Below, piece by piece: positions 61,776 to 64,000 of a DNA stretch of 64,000 bases. Each line of letters starts with the position of its first letter. Position 1 is the first letter of the stretch. The position numbers were made by a program, and so were the translations under genes. The notes under the pieces were generated by a model, which was not told the origin of the DNA, made no database searches, and was given only the letters and a program-made list of their open reading frames with translations. The stretch is from an uncultured Fibrobacterota bacterium (GTDB lineage Bacteria; Fibrobacterota; Chitinivibrionia; Chitinivibrionales; FEN-1185): contig CAVWBU010000024.1 of assembly GCA_963753345.1 (NCBI GenBank), positions 171,483 to 235,482 of the forward strand, given 5' to 3'.

Positions 61776-64000
61776 ATGAAAAGATCCTCTGTTGCGATCC
61801 TCTCTCTCGCGTTGACCGGGCTGGCAGTCCCTGCGCTCGCTCCGAGCCCGGTCCACGCGGGCACCATCCTCAAACAGTTCGGCTCGTTCAAGGCCGTCAA
61901 TGCCGTTGTTCCGGCGGGCAATATGCTTTGGCTTGCCACATCCGGCGGTGTGGTGCGGTACGATAGGACCAGCGGCGCGACCAAAGTCTACGCCGAGGTT
62001 TCCGACATTCCGGACCTCAACATTACTGCCGCGGCGATCGACAATGCCCAGGACCTCTGGTTCGGCACCGGAAGCGGGTTCCTCCTGCGATGCCATCCGC
62101 AGACCGAGACATTCACCTCGTTTAACGCTCTCGCCTCGACCGGTTGGCAAATCGGCTGCCTGGCACGAAGCGGTGGGTTCCTTTTCATTGGCACCCAGAA
62201 GGGACTCGGCATTTTCAATATTGCGCGGCAGTCATTTCAAAACGCCACCCAATTTGGCACCTCCACCACAGACAGCGTGACCGACGTCCGGGTGTTCGGC
62301 GATACCGTCGCCTTCGTGGTGCCGGACGGCATGGCCTATACCGTGTCGAACAGTTTTGCAAATACCATTTTTTCCGATCCGAGCATCTGGACCTTTGTCC
62401 CCTCTCCCGGTGCTTTCGGAATAGTCCGCCGCGCCGACAGCCTGGTTCCCAGCCCCAGAATTTCGATGCAATCCGGCTCGAACCTGTGGCAATACGGAGG
62501 TGGCGGCAACGGTCTGTGGCTCAACGGGACGCCGGTCGGCATACCCGCAAAGGATTTCGGATCTCCGGTGAGGTGCGTCGCCCCGCTGTCCGATTCTCAG
62601 GTGGCCGTGGGCACGCAAAGCACCTTCTGGTACCTCTGTGATATGGGGAAACAAACCTACGTTCAGCAGACGCTCAACGGCCCCGAGGATTCGTACATTA
62701 AAGGGTGCGCGGTCGACAAGGACGGCGTGCTGTGGTATGTTCCCTACGATCTTACGAACGGCATAGGCAAATTCGACGGGAAGCAGTGGACAAGCTTGAC
62801 ATACCTTACTACGCCGGGACTCCCGCCCATGTACGGCGGCCCGTTCGTCAGCAAGAACGGCGTCATGGTTACCTCGCAGAACGACATCTGGGTTTCGACG
62901 TTCGCCTATGGCGCCAAATGGTTCAACCGGCAAGCCAGCACCTGGACATCATACGAGGACAGCTATTCTCCCTATTACGTGCAGCCGTCTCCCATTGTCC
63001 GGTATGCTTCCGACACCACGAAGTGGTGGAGCATTGTTTCGTCGGCTTCCGAAGACTCTCTCGGCTACATCTGGCTGGCAAACAACAACGCCTACGACGG
63101 AAATTTTCTCCATGTCCGCAAGCCGCGCGACAATGCCGCGTCCGCATGGCGGAGTTTTAATTTCACCCAGCTCAACGACAACAGATTTCCGCTTGCCATC
63201 GGCGCCGTTGCCGCAAACCAGAACAGGGCAACCGGTACCCAATACATTTATCTGGGGTTCAACCTGCAAGACGACATGAAGGGCGGAGGCATGGCTATCC
63301 TGAGTTATTCGTCGTCGAACAGTCCGGTGGATTCGCAGACCCCGGTTCAATTCCAGACAAACGGGGCGAAGTTGTTTTCGGGGTTCGCGGTTATCAACGA
63401 CACGCTCGTGTGGATCGCCGTTGAAGACGGGATTTACCGGATAACAAACAACGACATTTCGACCCTTTCCAGGATGAGCGCCATCACCTCAAGCACCACC
63501 TTTGACGCGATAGCGGCGGGTCCGAACGGCAAGCCCGTGTTCTGCAAGGACAACGACCTTTATTCATACAACGACGACGACTCCTCCCTCACCAATCTCA
63601 CACGATGCGGAACGCTCGCCTCGCCGGTGAACTGGATCACCTTCGACAGGAAAAGCGGCGCATACTGGATTGCGACGTCGTCCGGGCTGTACCGGTTCCA
63701 GGCCGGCGACACCGGCGCGGTCCAGGCCGGCGCATCGGCGGCAACCATCGACGTATTTCCGAATCCCATTTCGAGGACCGCGCTCCGGAACATGCACCCG
63801 ATCAGGTTCACCCGGCTCAACGCGCAGAGCCCGCATGTCCGCATTTACGACGCGTCCGGCACGCTCGTGAAGGTGTTGACGGACCAGAACACCACCATCA
63901 TCAACTGGAACGGCGCCAACAACGCGGGCCGCATCGTGATTCCGGGAGCCTATTTCTACCAGGCGAATTCTTCGAACGGCACGTCGTGCAGGGGGAAGAT
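61776..64000 (+). CDS. secreted beta-propeller repeat protein with a T9SS C-terminal sorting domain (partial, runs off the window)
   Basis: The frame is open from ATG 61776 to the window end, so it is absent from the ORF track. The signal peptide is MKRSSVAILSLALTGLAVPALA. LWFGTGSGF-type propeller repeats are present. The C-terminus reads IDVFPNPISRT..VRIYDASGTLVKVL..INWNGANNAGRIVIPGAYFYQ. Confidence 0.75.
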   Translation, partial: MKRSSVAILSLALTGLAVPALAPSPVHAGTILKQFGSFKAVNAVVPAGNMLWLATSGGVVRYDRTSGATKVYAEVSDIPDLNITAAAIDNAQDLWFGTGSGFLLRCHPQTETFTSFNALASTGWQIGCLARSGGFLFIGTQKGLGIFNIARQSFQNATQFGTSTTDSVTDVRVFGDTVAFVVPDGMAYTVSNSFANTIFSDPSIWTFVPSPGAFGIVRRADSLVPSPRISMQSGSNLWQYGGGGNGLWLNGTPVGIPAKDFGSPVRCVAPLSDSQVAVGTQSTFWYLCDMGKQTYVQQTLNGPEDSYIKGCAVDKDGVLWYVPYDLTNGIGKFDGKQWTSLTYLTTPGLPPMYGGPFVSKNGVMVTSQNDIWVSTFAYGAKWFNRQASTWTSYEDSYSPYYVQPSPIVRYASDTTKWWSIVSSASEDSLGYIWLANNNAYDGNFLHVRKPRDNAASAWRSFNFTQLNDNRFPLAIGAVAANQNRATGTQYIYLGFNLQDDMKGGGMAILSYSSSNSPVDSQTPVQFQTNGAKLFSGFAVINDTLVWIAVEDGIYRITNNDISTLSRMSAITSSTTFDAIAAGPNGKPVFCKDNDLYSYNDDDSSLTNLTRCGTLASPVNWITFDRKSGAYWIATSSGLYRFQAGDTGAVQAGASAATIDVFPNPISRTALRNMHPIRFTRLNAQSPHVRIYDASGTLVKVLTDQNTTIINWNGANNAGRIVIPGAYFYQANSSNGTSCRGK

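Overview
This 64-kb chromosomal segment comes from a high-GC diderm bacterium, shown by a BamA-family OMP, LpxH, an MsbA-type exporter and LepB. A Type IX secretion C-terminal sorting domain at the right edge suggests an FCB-group/Fibrobacterota-like lineage, but that is inference only. Most of the window is tightly packed housekeeping and envelope genes. These include thiE and thiC, a GH57 glucan enzyme, a DksA-like factor, PrmA, a Hanks-type Ser/Thr kinase, IMPase, LepB, RecO, FtsB, DprA, DivIVA, YggS, RsmE and a ferredoxin. A glycan/LPS locus spans 45-61 kb (GT4, several GT2, GT-D/DUF1792, methyltransferase, ABC exporter, Wzx-type flippase). The main accessory region is an AT-rich ~8.4-kb island (26.2-34.6 kb). 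It carries a complete Type I restriction-modification system (hsdM-hsdS, then hsdR) with a 521-aa ABC-type ATPase / Toprim-like gene embedded between hsdS and hsdR. The same island has a 330-bp AT-rich gap containing an opposite-strand promoter, a predicted ~120-nt structured RNA and an intrinsic terminator. I consider this the best candidate for an undescribed defence module. Other structure that ordinary gene calls do not explain: (1) a ~160-nt hairpin-dense intergenic element in two near-identical copies 25 kb apart, plus one degenerate inverted relative; (2) a DUF559 endonuclease gene bracketed by ~35-bp inverted repeats, next to an orphan PD-(D/E)xK-like gene; (3) a STAS protein flanked by two Cys/Trp-rich modules at the head of a small envelope gene cluster; (4) a 59-aa hyperacidic ORF below the ORF-track cutoff; (5) two frameshift-disrupted genes (GT9 heptosyltransferase-like, and a giant FGE-sulfatase/PD40 protein). 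No rRNA, tRNA or CRISPR array was recognised. All calls come from reading translations and motifs by eye, and no database search was run.
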